A stretch of 64,000 nucleotides of DNA from an uncultured Gemmatimonadales bacterium (GCA_963823035.1 CAWGKG010000023.1:192001-256000), one strand, 5' to 3'. Counted from the first letter of the stretch, positions 32,483 through 43,721 are shown. Notes: generated by a model not told the origin, from the letters alone. Numbers and translations: made by a program.

Positions 32483-33964
32483 TCACCGCCCCGAGCCGGC
32501 CGTCCGCGTCGGCGAAGGGTCCCCGCCGAGCGGAAGGCGAACCCTGAACTCCGTGCGCCCGGGACGCGAGGCCACGAGCGCCAGCGTGCCCCCGTGGATC
32601 TCGGCGATGCGTCTGCAGATCGACAGGCCCAGGCCGGCGCCGCTCGTGAGCGTGCTCTGCTCGCGCGAGCGGGCGACGTCCACGCGGAAGAACCGCTCGA
32701 AGATGCGGTCGCGCGCCTCCTCGGGCACCCCGGGCCCGGCGTCGACGATCGACACCTCGCAGGCACCGGAGCGGACGAGCATCGACACGTCGATCTTGCC
32801 GCCGGCAGGGGAGTGCTTGGTGGCGTTGTCGAGGAGGTTGAGCAGCAGCCGGTCGAGGAGGTCCGCGTCCCCGACCATCTGCGCTTCGACCATCTCGCCC
32901 AGCTCGACGCGCACGCCCCGCGCGTCCGCGATGGGGGAGACGGCCCGCGCCGTGTCCCGCACCAGGTCGTCGAGGTAGAGCGGGGTGGGGTTCACGACCA
33001 GGTGCCCCGCGTCCGCACGGGCGATCAGGAAGACGTCGTCGACGATCCGCGTCAGGCGCCGTGACGCGTCCTGGACGATGGTCAGCGAGGCGCGGTACTC
33101 CTTTTCCTCCCGCGTCGGGCGCGACAGCGTCACGTCCGCTTCGGCGCGCACGATCGCCGTGGGCGTTCGCAGCTCGTGCGAGGCGTCCGTCATGAACCGT
33201 CGTTGCTGCTCGAAGGACCGCTCGACGCGGTCGAGGAGGCCGTTCAGCACCCCCGCGAGCGCGCCCAGCTCGTCGTCGGCCACGATCGGAAGCCGCTCGT
33301 GCAGCGTGCTGGTGCCGATCTCGGCCGCGCGCGCCGCCATGGCGGCCACCGGCCGGAAGCTGCGGCGGGCCAGGAAGAACCCGCCCAGCGCCGCGCACCC
33401 GATGATGAGCGGAATCGTGATGAGGAAGAAGTGCCTGATGCGACGGAGCGTCGCCTCGACCTCGGCGAGCGGGTGGATGCCCACCAGGCGCAGGGTGCGG
33501 TCGCCCGCGGGGAGGGATCGGACCTGCACGCGGAACGCCTGCCCGTTGCGCCGCACCGTTCCGGTCCATGGCGCGGGGCCCCGCGAGGCCTCCAGGCCCG
33601 CCACCAACTCGCCCGGCGCCGCGGGGAAGATCGAATCGTCCCGCTCCTCGGGCTCGCCCAGCGGCGCGCTCGTCCCGACCACGGCGCCGGCTTCATCGAG
33701 GATCACGATGTCCACGCGACGGAAACGGACCTCGTGCAGCGTGCGCGTGAGTCCTTCGTCCATCCCGGGGCCCATGCGGCGCTCGGCCGCGAGCTCTCGC
33801 GCGAAGACGGTGAGGGCTTCGCCGAGGAACTCGTCCGTCCGCGTCCGCTCGGTGGCGGCGAAGATCAGGTACGAGGCGACGGCGAACGCGACGAGCGGGA
33901 GCGTGAGCACCGCCGTGTACCAGAGGGTGAGGCGAGTGCGGACCGACGTGGGGAGCCACCGCAT
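32483..33964 (-). CDS. HAMP sensor histidine kinase (CusS-like)
   Basis: 2 TMs, HAMP, DASHELRTP, NLLDNA, GAGLGL. Confidence 0.92.
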   Translation of the reverse strand: MRWLPTSVRTRLTLWYTAVLTLPLVAFAVASYLIFAATERTRTDEFLGEALTVFARELAAERRMGPGMDEGLTRTLHEVRFRRVDIVILDEAGAVVGTSAPLGEPEERDDSIFPAAPGELVAGLEASRGPAPWTGTVRRNGQAFRVQVRSLPAGDRTLRLVGIHPLAEVEATLRRIRHFFLITIPLIIGCAALGGFFLARRSFRPVAAMAARAAEIGTSTLHERLPIVADDELGALAGVLNGLLDRVERSFEQQRRFMTDASHELRTPTAIVRAEADVTLSRPTREEKEYRASLTIVQDASRRLTRIVDDVFLIARADAGHLVVNPTPLYLDDLVRDTARAVSPIADARGVRVELGEMVEAQMVGDADLLDRLLLNLLDNATKHSPAGGKIDVSMLVRSGACEVSIVDAGPGVPEEARDRIFERFFRVDVARSREQSTLTSGAGLGLSICRRIAEIHGGTLALVASRPGRTEFRVRLPLGGDPSPTRTAGSGR

Positions 33965-33968
33965 CGGA

Positions 33969-34691
33969 TCAGCCGGCCGGCTTCGCGGCTTCCTCCGGCG
34001 CGTCGCCCCCGGAGTCCCCGGCGGCCGGCGCGTCGAGCATGTACCCGACGCCACGCTGGGTCACGAACAGGGCGACGTCCTCCCCCTCGTCGATCTTCCT
34101 GCGCAGCCGACTCGCGTAGACGTCGATGACGTTCGACTGGGCCTGGCTGTCGTCCCACACGGATTCCGTCAGCTCGGCGCGCGTGACGATCCGTCCCGCG
34201 TTCCTGGCGAGGTGGAGGAGGAACGCGAACTCCCTCGCGGTGAGGTCGATCCGCCGTCCCGCGCGGCGCGCGCTGCGTCGCCGCGTATCGATGATAAGGT
34301 CGCCAACCCGGAGCTCCACCGCCCGCGTGCCGGACCGCCGACGCGTCAGGGCACGCAGCCTCGCGAGCAGCTCCCCGAAGTCGAAGGGCTTCGGCAGGTA
34401 GTCGTCGGCCCCCGCGTCGAGCCCCTCGATCCGGTCGTCGACGCCGTCGAGCGCCGTGAGCATGAGCACCGGCACCCAGTTGCCGGCGGCGCGCAACTCG
34501 CGGCAGACGTCCATCCCGCTCCGGCCCGGCAGGAGCACGTCGAGGACCACGCACTCGAAATCGGCGCCGCTCGCCATCTCCAGTGCCGCGACGCCATCGG
34601 TCGCTTCCTCGACCTGATGGCCGGCCTCGACCAGGCCCCGCGCCACCGAGGTGCGAAGCTGTCGATCGTCTTCCACGAGGAGAATGCGCAT
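33969..34691 (-). CDS. OmpR-family response regulator
   Basis: ILLVEDD, LDVLLP, GADDYLPKPF, winged helix RGVGY. Confidence 0.95.
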   Translation of the reverse strand: MRILLVEDDRQLRTSVARGLVEAGHQVEEATDGVAALEMASGADFECVVLDVLLPGRSGMDVCRELRAAGNWVPVLMLTALDGVDDRIEGLDAGADDYLPKPFDFGELLARLRALTRRRSGTRAVELRVGDLIIDTRRRSARRAGRRIDLTAREFAFLLHLARNAGRIVTRAELTESVWDDSQAQSNVIDVYASRLRRKIDEGEDVALFVTQRGVGYMLDAPAAGDSGGDAPEEAAKPAG

Positions 34692-34838
34692 CGTCTCAAC
34701 CTATCCGGGCGCACCGGAGGCTGTCACCTGCGCCACGGCACTCGGCCCGGGCGTCGCGTTGACGGGGTGGTGACCTCCCTCTAACCTGCCCCGCTTTCGC
34801 CACGCCCCCAACCGCCGAAAACCGCGATCCGAGGCCGC

Positions 34839-35142
34839 ATGGAGTCGCCCCGAGCCGACCGAGTCGGTACGCCTGTCCGTCCCACCCGCTGGACCCGCGG
34901 CTGGCTGATTCGGACGTCCCGCAAGTGGCACCGCTGGATCGGCTTCACGGCGGGGCTCTTCCTGATCTTCGCGTCCACCACGGGCTTCCTGGTCGCCTTC
35001 ACGGAGTTCTTCGGCGAAGAGGCTGGTGGTGGCGATGCTCTGGGGGCTCGCGCTCCTGGTCATGAGCCTCTCGGGTTGGTCGATCTACTGGAGCATGCGG
35101 CGCAACAGCGGCGGCGACGGGCTGCGGAGGGTCTTCTGGTAG
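34839..35142 (+). pseudogene. PepSY-associated TM protein with apparent internal deletion
   Basis: RKWHRWIG...TEFFGEE joined out of frame to LVVAMLWGLALLVMSLSGWSIYW. Confidence 0.6.
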
Positions 35143-35161
35143 CGCGAAACGCCGCGCCCCC

Positions 35162-37905
35162 TCACTCCGCGCGCAGGACCTCCACGGGATCGACGGCCGT
35201 CGCGCGGAGCGCCGGCACCAAGCTGGCCGCCAGTGCGGCGACCATGAGGACGAGGGCGACCCCCGCGTAGGTCATCGGGTCGGTCGGTTGGACACCGAAG
35301 AGGAATCCCGAGAGGACGCGTGTGAGCGCGACCGCCGCGGTCAGTCCGACCGCCAGCCCCACCACCGCGACGCGCAGGCCCTGCGCCACCACCATCCACA
35401 GGATTCCCCGCCGCGCGGCGCCGAGCGCGACGCGGACGCCCAGCTCGCGCCTGCGCCGGCCCACCGCGTGGGCCTGCGCGCCGTAAAGCCCCGCCGCGGC
35501 CAGAAGGAGCGCGATGAGGGCGAACGACCCGACGAGCACCATCTGGAAGCGGGGCGTGGTGCGCGTCGCCGCCATGCGCGCCTCCATCGTGCGCAGGTCC
35601 TGAGGCGGCACGAAGGGGTTGAAGCGCGCCACCGCCCGGCGGAGCGCGGATGCGACGTCCGCGCTCGGCAGCTCGGAGCGCACCACCACCTGGATCAGCG
35701 GCCACGGCACCTGTCGGTAGGGGAAGTAGATGGCGGGACGGGCGCCGTCCTCGGCCCGCGTCTGCACCACATCCTCGACGACACCGACGATCGTCGTCTC
35801 CTCGCTCTCACCCTCTCCCTCTCTCTGCCGCACGGTCGTGCCGAGCGGGTCCGCGCCTGCCATCGCCTCTCGCGCGAAGGCCTCGTTCACGATGGCAACG
35901 CGCGCGGCGTCCGGGCCGTCCATCGCCTCGAAGCCGCGGCCTCGCAGCAGGCGCGTCCCGACGGCGTCGAAGTACCCCGGCGTCACCGCGTATCCGGCGA
36001 TGCCTTCACGACGCTGCTCCGGCGCGTCTCCGTGCAACGCGATCCACGGTGCCCAGAACGGATCCTGGAAGGGCGGGTTGGTCGTGCCGGCCACGGCGGT
36101 CAGGCCGGGCACCCTGGACACCTCCGCCAGCACGGCGTCCCACGCCTGCCAGTCCTCCTCCCCCGCGGGCGCGTTCGGTCGCTTCAGGTCCACGCGCATG
36201 CTCATCAGCCCCTGCGCGTCGAATCCCGTGTCGACGGTCAGGAGGCGCACGAAGGACGAGAGCAGCAGACCCGCGCCCGCGAGCAGGAGCACCGCGATGG
36301 CGAGCTGCCCGCCCACGAACCACGACCTCAGGCGGGTGTCCGCCTGCGCCGCGGCGCGTCCCCCTCCGCGCAGCCGCTCCCAGGGTGCCCGTCGCGCCGC
36401 GCGCAGGGCGGGTAGTATACCCGCTGCCACGCCGGTCCCGACGGAGAGGAGCACGGCCACGCCCAGGACCGTCCCGTCGAGAGCGACCATGTCCGTGCGG
36501 GGTATCGACCGCGGCGCGAAGCGCAGGAAGACGTCGATCCCTCCGTAGGCCAACGCGACGCCCAGGCCACCTCCGAGCAGCGCCAGCAGCCCTGCCTCGG
36601 TGAGCAGCAGGCGCACCACCCTCCCCCGGCCCGCGCCCAGCGCCACGCGCACACCCAGCTCGCGCGTGCGGTCGAGAGCCCGCGCGAACAGCAGCATCGC
36701 CGCGTTCAGGGCGGCCAGGAGGAGAAGGAGGGCGGACGCGCCCAGGAAGATCAGCAGCGTCCGCCCCGTGCCACCCACCGTGTCCGCGTGCAGGTCGTTC
36801 ACGCCGATGCCGAACCAGGTACCGTTCGGGTAGACGTTCCCTTCCGGATGCTCCTCGGCGAGCTCCGCGGCCATGCGCACGCCTTCCGCCCTCGCCTGCT
36901 CGACGGTCGCTCCGCTGCGCAGGCGGCCGAGGACCGCGACGCTCCTCCGTCCGCGATCGGCATAGCGCGGGTGCTCGGGCTGGAGCGGCATCCAGAACTC
37001 GGGCACGCTGGGGAAGAGGGCCTCGGGAGGGCGGAAGTCGCGGGGGAGCACGCCTACGATCGTCACGGGGAGCCCGACCTTGTCGAGCGTCGTGCCGACG
37101 ACGGCCGGGTCCGCCCCGAAGCGTCGCTGCCACGCGCCCCAGCTGATCAGCATCGTGGTGCCGTCCGCGACGTCCGTCCGATACTCCTCCGGCACGAACG
37201 TTCGGCCCAGGGCGGGCGTGACGCCCAGCAGCTCGAAGAAGCCCGCGGACACGCGCTCGCCCGACGCGAGCTCCGGCCCGTCGCCGCGGTCGGGGAGCAG
37301 AACGTTCGAGGCCTCGGGGGCGGCGAGATCCTCGAAGGACCGGGCCCGCGCGCGCAGATCACGAAGTTCGCGACCGACATCCCCGCCAGGTGCATGAGGC
37401 CGGCCACGTCCTCCCGCCATTCCCGGCCCGGGAACGTCGTGCCCAGGCTCACCAGCGTGCCCGGGTCCTGGAACGGGAGCGGGCGGAGCACCACGCCCTC
37501 GACGACGCTGAAGATCGTCGTGGTCGTGCCGATGCCGAGCGCGAGCGTGACGACCACCGCGAGGCCAGTCCCGGACGTCGGGCGAGCGTACGCGCCGCGA
37601 TCCGCAGCTCCTGCATGAAGCGCCCATCCCCCCACCTCCCTTTCGGTTCCCGACCGACCGCCGACGCGGCCTGCGACACGGCGTGAGCCGCACGCCGCCG
37701 CGCCGCCACCGCCGAGGGCTTCCACCAGTGCGCCGCCGTGCGCGCACGTTGCGGCGCAGCCGCCTGCGCGCTCCGGCGGCCGACACCGGCGGCCAGGTCG
37801 TCGCCCCAGCGCTCCACGAGGTCGCCCACCACGAACTCGGCGCCCTCGCCGTGGACAGGAGGGCTACGACGGCGCGCTCGGGCGAGGGCAAGAGCCCGCC
37901 CTCAC
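35162..37905 (-). CDS. Duplicated MacB/FtsX ABC permease (ADOP type; frameshifted)
   Basis: TLALGIG, RELGVRVALGA twice, ATAVDPVEVLRAE. Confidence 0.9.
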
Positions 37906-38243
37906 GGGCGCTCGCCCTCCATCGCCTCGAGCTTGGGCAGCAGGCCTTCCGACATGCTGCGGATCACCGCGATCGCCCGCGTCAGCTCGGCCGCGCCCTC
38001 CGGCGTGAGCCGGTAGTACCGGCGGCGGCGGCCGCCCCGCTCGGGCGTGGGCTCGCCCACGCGGTCCGTGACCAGCCCGCGCTGCGCGAGCCGCTCCAGC
38101 GCCGTGTAGATCGCTCCGGCCGAGACCTCGCGCCCGGTGCGGGCCTCGATCGCGCGCCCGATCGCGGCGCCGTAGGCGTCTTCCTCGAGCTCCACGAGCG
38201 CGAGCATGACCAGCTGCTCGAACTCGCCGAGCGCACGACCCAT
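37902..38243 (-). CDS. PadR-family regulator
   Basis: LGEFEQLVMLAL, AYGAAI, GAIYTALERL, RRYYRLT. Confidence 0.92.
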   Translation of the reverse strand: MGRALGEFEQLVMLALVELEEDAYGAAIGRAIEARTGREVSAGAIYTALERLAQRGLVTDRVGEPTPERGGRRRRYYRLTPEGAAELTRAIAVIRSMSEGLLPKLEAMEGERP

Positions 38244-38351
38244 GGCTATATCCCCTTCACTGTAGTTCCGGTGCTCCCGATAACTGCGCAGCAGGGGATA
38301 GCGCAAGGAGCTGGCGCTACCGAACAAAAGCCGAAATCGTAGGTTGGCGTC

Positions 38352-39485
38352 ATGCGCCTCCGCGTCCTCCTCCTGGCCGACAGCCACCTCGGCTTCGACC
38401 TCCCTCTGGCCCCCGGATCCGGCGGCGGCGGCGTGGGCCCGGACTTCCTCGCCAACTATCGCCGGGCGCTCGAGCCGGCGCTCTCCGGCGAGGTGGATCT
38501 CGTGGTCCACGGGGGGGACGTCTTCCACCGGGCGCGCCCCCACCCGACGCTCGTCGAGCAGGCGTTCGAGCCGCTGCGGCGCGTGGCCGACGCCGGCGTG
38601 CCCGTGTTCGTCGTGCCGGGCAACCACGAGCGCGGGCGCATCCCCCACGCGCGCTTCGCGCGCCATCCCGGGATCCATCTCTTCGATCGGCCACGGACCT
38701 TCCACACGACGTCGTGCGGCCTCCGGGTGGCGCTCTTCGGCTTCCCGTACGAGCGCGACGGCGTGCGCCGCCGTTTCCCGGAGCTCGTGGCGGCTACCGG
38801 GTGGCGCCCCGGTCGGGCGGACGTCTCCCTGCTGTGCGTCCACCACTGCGTGGAGGGGGCCACCGTGGGCCCGGCGGACTTCGCCTTCCGGCGCGGCGCC
38901 GACGTCATCCGATGCACGGACATCCCCCGAGGCGCGCCGCGGTGCTCACCGGCCACGTGCACCGCCACCAGGTCTTGACGTTCGACCTGGCCGGCAGGCC
39001 GCTGGGCGCGCCGGTGGTCTATCCGGGTCGGTGGAGCGGACGGCCTTCGCGGAGATGGACGAGACGAAGGGGTACGTGATCCTGGAGGTCGAGCCCGCGA
39101 GCCGACCCGACCGGTGGCGGGTGCGTGCGGACTTCCGCCCGCTCCCGGCGCGGCCGATGGTCGTCGCCGAGGTGCGTGCGTCTGGGCTCGACGGGGCAGG
39201 GCTGCGCGCGCGTGTCGATGCGGCGCTTGCCGCCCTGCCCGCCGACGCCGTGCTGCGCCTGCGCGTGCTGGGGCCGGTCCACGGGGACGCCCGCGGCGTG
39301 CTCGCGGCCGCGCGCTCCGCGCGCTGGCCCCCGAGATGAACGTCGAGGTCGTGTGGGCACCCCCTCGGGGGCGAGCCCGGAGGGGCTCGACGACCGCAGG
39401 CGCGGCGGCGGCGGTGCCCCGGCCCGGCGACGCCGCGCGGGAGCGGCGAGCGCCGGGGCGCGGGGACCTCTCGGGCGACACCTAG
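38352..39485 (+). CDS. SbcD/Mre11-like metallophosphoesterase nuclease (frameshifted)
   Basis: LADSHLG, HGGDVF, PGNHE, TGHVH, GSVERTAFAE. Confidence 0.8.
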
Positions 39486-39522
39486 ACCGCGAAGAAGTCT
39501 CTCGGCCGCGCGCGGCCCTCGA

Positions 39523-40001
39523 TCAGCGCTCGTAGAAGGGCGGCGGCTCCACGCCCAGCGCGCGCAGGTATACGTAGGCCTGCCCCCGATGGTGGATCTC
39601 GTTGTCGATCACGTACATGAGCTGCCAGTGCACGGGGCCCGTGTACTGCCCGAACGATGTCACCGTCTCCGGGAAACGGCCCTCGGGGATCTGCGCGAAG
39701 AACCCGTCGATCTCCTCGGTGCTCTCGTCCCAGAGGCGGAGGAGCGCCTCCTTCGTCGCCGCCTTCCGCCGAGAAGGGCTCCCAGTCGCCCGTCGCGATC
39801 CCTGCGCCATGGGCGCGCCCATGGCCAGCAGCTCGCCCGCCATCTCCCCGAAGGTCCGCATGCCGCCGAGGGAGAAGGTGAAGAGCTGGTCCTCGGGGAA
39901 GGCCTCGATCACCCGGCGGGTGAGGCGCCGATGGCCCTGCCAGTGGTCGAGAAGGGCCTTCGCGGAAAGGAAGGTCGCCGGGCCGGTTGCGGTGTGGCCA
40001 T
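39523..40001 (-). CDS. DinB family protein (start approximate)
   Basis: HWQGHRRLTRRVIEAFPE, GGMRTF, DNEIHHRGQAYVYLRALG. Confidence 0.88.
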
Positions 40002-40154
40002 GTTCGGGCCTCGGTGCGGGTGGGTCGTAGGCAAATTCGGGTTTTGTTCGGTATGATGCGGCCGCGGGCGCGGCTGCGCAAGCCCTTGGCCGGTCCGCCC
40101 GGGCGTAACGTGCGCGCACGTGTCGGGGGGGGGGGGGGGGGGGGGGGAGCGGAC

Positions 40155-41100
40155 TCAGGGCACAATCACCTGCTCCCAACTGAAGACCTCGGGCGACCCC
40201 GGGTCGAGGTGCAACCGCTGCCAACGATGTCGGCCCCGAAGCTCTGCTCGGCGATGATCTGCGTCACGTTTGGGGCGCGTGCGCCGTACAGGCTGAACCA
40301 GGGGACGCCCGCGTCCACGCGGTAGTCGTGGCTATCCCCGCTGACCATGAGCACCGGCCGGTCGAAGGCCAGGGCAAGGTCGCCAGACGTTGGACGAAGT
40401 CCGTGTGCGCGGAGAAGGATGCACCGTGGCGCGATCGTCGGGATGCAGAGATCGGCGGGCAGGAACAGCGCGACCGCGACTGCGCTCGACGGGCCGGGGC
40501 GAAGATGTGCTCGAGCGAGGCGATGTTGGCGGCGTTGCGCGCGGCGTACCCGGCTTCCGAGCCGCGGTCTGCGCGGGGGTTCGGCGCCGTGAATAGGCGA
40601 GGAGGCAGCTCTTCGACCCGATAACGTGGAACATCGCGAAGATGACGTGGGACTCGGCCCAGATCTGGTTCTCGGGGTGGCGCCGCTCGACTTCTCCGCG
40701 CTTGGGACCGAGCGCTTCCTGGATCTGACTGGGTGTTCGAAGAAGACTGGGGATCTTGACAAGACGGCCGATGGGGTCGTACCGCCGTTGTTGGTGGGAT
40801 GGGAGTCGGTCCGACTCGTTGTCGCCGAGACTGTAGATATCGGGTACGTGAAGAGATCGAACTGCGCTGGCCGATGGCCATGAACCATGCATCCGAGCAC
40901 TGGTGCTTCCCGACTTGATGCCGCCGATCTGGGCGACTTCTGCACTTGGGATCGGCGTTGACGGCGCTCGCCAGGGTCGGAAAGCTCGTGAGCGCCGGGA
41001 CGATCGTCGGGGCCTTCGCCGAGACCGCAGATCCAGCGTTGCGCGCCGTCTTCCAGGCGGACAACCTGTCCAGGGTGGATCACCATCCCACGTGAGTGGT
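40155..41100 (-). pseudogene. Heavily disrupted calcineurin-like phosphoesterase homolog (possibly low-quality sequence)
   Basis: Fragments VNADPK, IKSGS, GDNE, PENQIW, ARNAANIA, SGDSHDYRVD, FSWEQVIVP spread over many frames. Confidence 0.55.
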
Positions 41101-41329
41101 GAATCCTCGGACGGCGTCGAAAGAACGCGCGAGGTCACGCGGTAGCTGGCGTCCCTGAAAAATCCTCGCGGGGCCACGAGTGACCGTGCCGTGGGACCGT
41201 CCTCTGGGTCTTCGGCCGGTTTTTTTTTTTTTTTTTTTTTTTAAAATTTTTAGGTTCCATCCACGTCACGGGCGGACGTCGGGTCGGCAACGATCACAAA
41301 CCGACTCGACGCCCGGCGTCAGCCGTGGT

Positions 41330-42802
41330 TTAGCCTCCGCCCCCCAGGTACTCCGCGCTCAGCCGGTCGTAGACCCGCATGAGGTCGGTGACGTTGCCCT
41401 CCCGGTCGAAGAGGCCGCTCCCCGGCCCCAGCGGCTCCCATATGGCCGTCCCCTTCCCCATCTCGTCGGGGAGGCCGAAGACGATGTCGGCCACCTGCTG
41501 CTTGAAGTCGGCGTACTCCACCACGATCACCGGCTTGTGGTAGCGGTCGACCAGGTCGTGCACGTTGCGGTCGAGGTCCTCGAGCGTGCCGTGCCAGCGC
41601 GGATAGTACGAGAGGCCGATGACGTCGAACACCACGCCGCGCGCGATCATGTTGTCCAGCCAGAAGCGCGCCTCGTCGTTCTGCCCGCCGAGCGCGATGT
41701 GCATCATGACCGGCATGTCGGGAGCGACCGCCCGCGCCCCTTCGACGCCCGCGCGCAGGAGGCCGGCCAGCTGGTCGGGGTGGCCGATGTGCCCGTCCGG
41801 CCAGAGGAGCCCGTGGTTGATCTCGTTCCCGATCTGCACCATGTCCGGGAGGGTTCCCTGCCGTTGCATCGCCTGGAGCACCGCGGTGGTATAGGTGCGC
41901 ATGGAGTCCTGCAGCGACGGGTAGTCCAGGGAAGCCCACGCCTGCGGCTTGTTCTGCTGCTGGGGGTCCGCCCAGTAGTCGCTGTAGTGGAAGTCGAGAA
42001 GCAGGCCCATCCCCGCCTCGTGGACCCGCCTGGCCATGCTCAGCGTGGAGTCCAGCCCACAGAATCCCTGGCCGGGCGCGTACCCGTGCTCGTTCTCGGG
42101 GTGGTCGAAGATGCGCAGGCGAATGGAGTTGAAGCCGTGCTCCTTCAGGAGGGCGACCGCGTCCACCTCCTCCCCGTTCTCGATGAACTTCCCGCCCTGC
42201 CGGAAGAACCGCCCCGCGTGGTTCTCGATCTGCGGGAGGAAGGAGATGTCCGCCCCGATCATCCGGTCGACGTGCCTCGTCGTGGGCACGAGCTGGTCCG
42301 GCGTCGGCGTCATGAGCCGGAAGTCGGCAGGGACCGTGTGGATTTCGTGTGACCCGGGCGACAGTTCGCCCGACCGGGCCTCCACCTTCACGCGATCGGG
42401 CGACGTTCCCGCCCGGAACCAGAGCTGGGCCACGCCGGCGGCGAGCCGCGTCGGCGTATACGCCGCTCCCGTCGTGTCGGTCGCCTGGGGAAGCTCCGCC
42501 CCGTCCGACCCGACGATCGCGCCGTCGCCGGTCACGTAGAGACGGACCGAATCGACGGCCGAGGTGATCTCCCGGCTGGCGCTGTCGGTCACGGCGATCC
42601 TGAGGCGCGCGCGATCCTCCCCGTTGGCCAGGAGGGTCGTGCCGTACGCCGTGAGCATGACCGTTCGTGCGCGTCCCGAGTCGACGCGGCTCACCGCCGA
42701 AAAGTCGGCCGGGGGCCGCTGCCCGGGTTGCCGGGGCTCACCGCCGCATCGCGCGAGGGCGGTCGCGGCCAGCAGGGTCGATACGATCGAAGAGGTCTTC
42801 AT
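41330..42802 (-). CDS. GH53 endo-beta-1,4-galactanase with N-terminal Ig-like domain
   Basis: GADISF, LDFHYSDYWADP, QIGNEIN, GLSYYP. Confidence 0.92.
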   Translation of the reverse strand: MKTSSIVSTLLAATALARCGGEPRQPGQRPPADFSAVSRVDSGRARTVMLTAYGTTLLANGEDRARLRIAVTDSASREITSAVDSVRLYVTGDGAIVGSDGAELPQATDTTGAAYTPTRLAAGVAQLWFRAGTSPDRVKVEARSGELSPGSHEIHTVPADFRLMTPTPDQLVPTTRHVDRMIGADISFLPQIENHAGRFFRQGGKFIENGEEVDAVALLKEHGFNSIRLRIFDHPENEHGYAPGQGFCGLDSTLSMARRVHEAGMGLLLDFHYSDYWADPQQQNKPQAWASLDYPSLQDSMRTYTTAVLQAMQRQGTLPDMVQIGNEINHGLLWPDGHIGHPDQLAGLLRAGVEGARAVAPDMPVMMHIALGGQNDEARFWLDNMIARGVVFDVIGLSYYPRWHGTLEDLDRNVHDLVDRYHKPVIVVEYADFKQQVADIVFGLPDEMGKGTAIWEPLGPGSGLFDREGNVTDLMRVYDRLSAEYLGGGG

Positions 42803-42941
42803 GGCACCTTGGCGCTCGTCACAGCGGGGAAGGCCGGGCGGCAACTTGGGCAAGATAGCCGGCCCCGTCGCTACCCGCGCCACGATCGAGGTCCCTCCTC
42901 GTCGACGGGACCGGGCACCTGGGAGGAGGAGGGAATCCCCC

Positions 42942-43721
42942 CTATTCGCCGAGGAACCAGGCGAGCGCGGCTTCGGACACGTCGGCGGGCACGCTGTGGT
43001 CGCCGTCGAAGGGGTGGAAGGTGACGTCGTAGCCGGCGCTCTCCAGCGAAGGCACCAGGTCCGTGCTCGTGTAGAGGAAGGGAAGGATCGGGTCCTGCCG
43101 GCCGTGGGAGATGAAGATCGGCGGCTTGCCCCTGGTGGGGCTGCCCGGCGAGATGAAGCCCGGCGAGTAGGCGATCAGCCTCGTGAACAGGTCGCCGTTC
43201 GCCACCCCCAGGGACAGCGCGTAGGAGGCGCCGTCCGAGAAGCCCGCGAGCACGATCCGGGAAGGATCCACCCTGCACCGGTCGAACGTGTAGGCGAGCG
43301 CGTCGTCCAGGAAGGCCACGTCGGGACCGAACAGCCCGCTGGTCACCACGTCCCAGGTGCGGCTCCGGGAGTCCGGGGCGAGGAGGATCATCCCGTGCGC
43401 CTCGGCGCGTGCGGGATAGCTCTGCCAGTCCAGCGCCCTGCCGCCGGCGCCGTGCAGGGCGACGAAGAGCGGCATGGGCTCGTCGGGCGTGTAGCCCTCC
43501 GGCACGTAGAGATACCCGTCGCGGCTTCCGCCCAGGCCCAGGCCCTGGATCGACCCCTTCACCGGCGACCGGGTCGGCGTGCCGGGGCGCGCGTCGAGCC
43601 GGGGGCCCGCCTCCTCGCTGGCCGTGAGGTCCTTGAAGCATCCCGGCAGGCCCGAGACGGCCAGGGCGCCGAGCGATCCGTGCACGAAGGCGCGTCGGGA
43701 GATCGGTGTCAGGTTCGTCAT
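42942..43721 (-). CDS. Tat-exported phospholipase/carboxylesterase
   Basis: SRRAFV...LPGC; GFSDG, HGRQD, FDGDH. Confidence 0.85.
   Translation of the reverse strand: MTNLTPISRRAFVHGSLGALAVSGLPGCFKDLTASEEAGPRLDARPGTPTRSPVKGSIQGLGLGGSRDGYLYVPEGYTPDEPMPLFVALHGAGGRALDWQSYPARAEAHGMILLAPDSRSRTWDVVTSGLFGPDVAFLDDALAYTFDRCRVDPSRIVLAGFSDGASYALSLGVANGDLFTRLIAYSPGFISPGSPTRGKPPIFISHGRQDPILPFLYTSTDLVPSLESAGYDVTFHPFDGDHSVPADVSEAALAWFLGE

Noticed and set aside
40125..41242. Retrotransposed/processed gene
   Set aside because: Poly-A would lie upstream of the minus-strand gene; no target duplication or reverse transcriptase seen.
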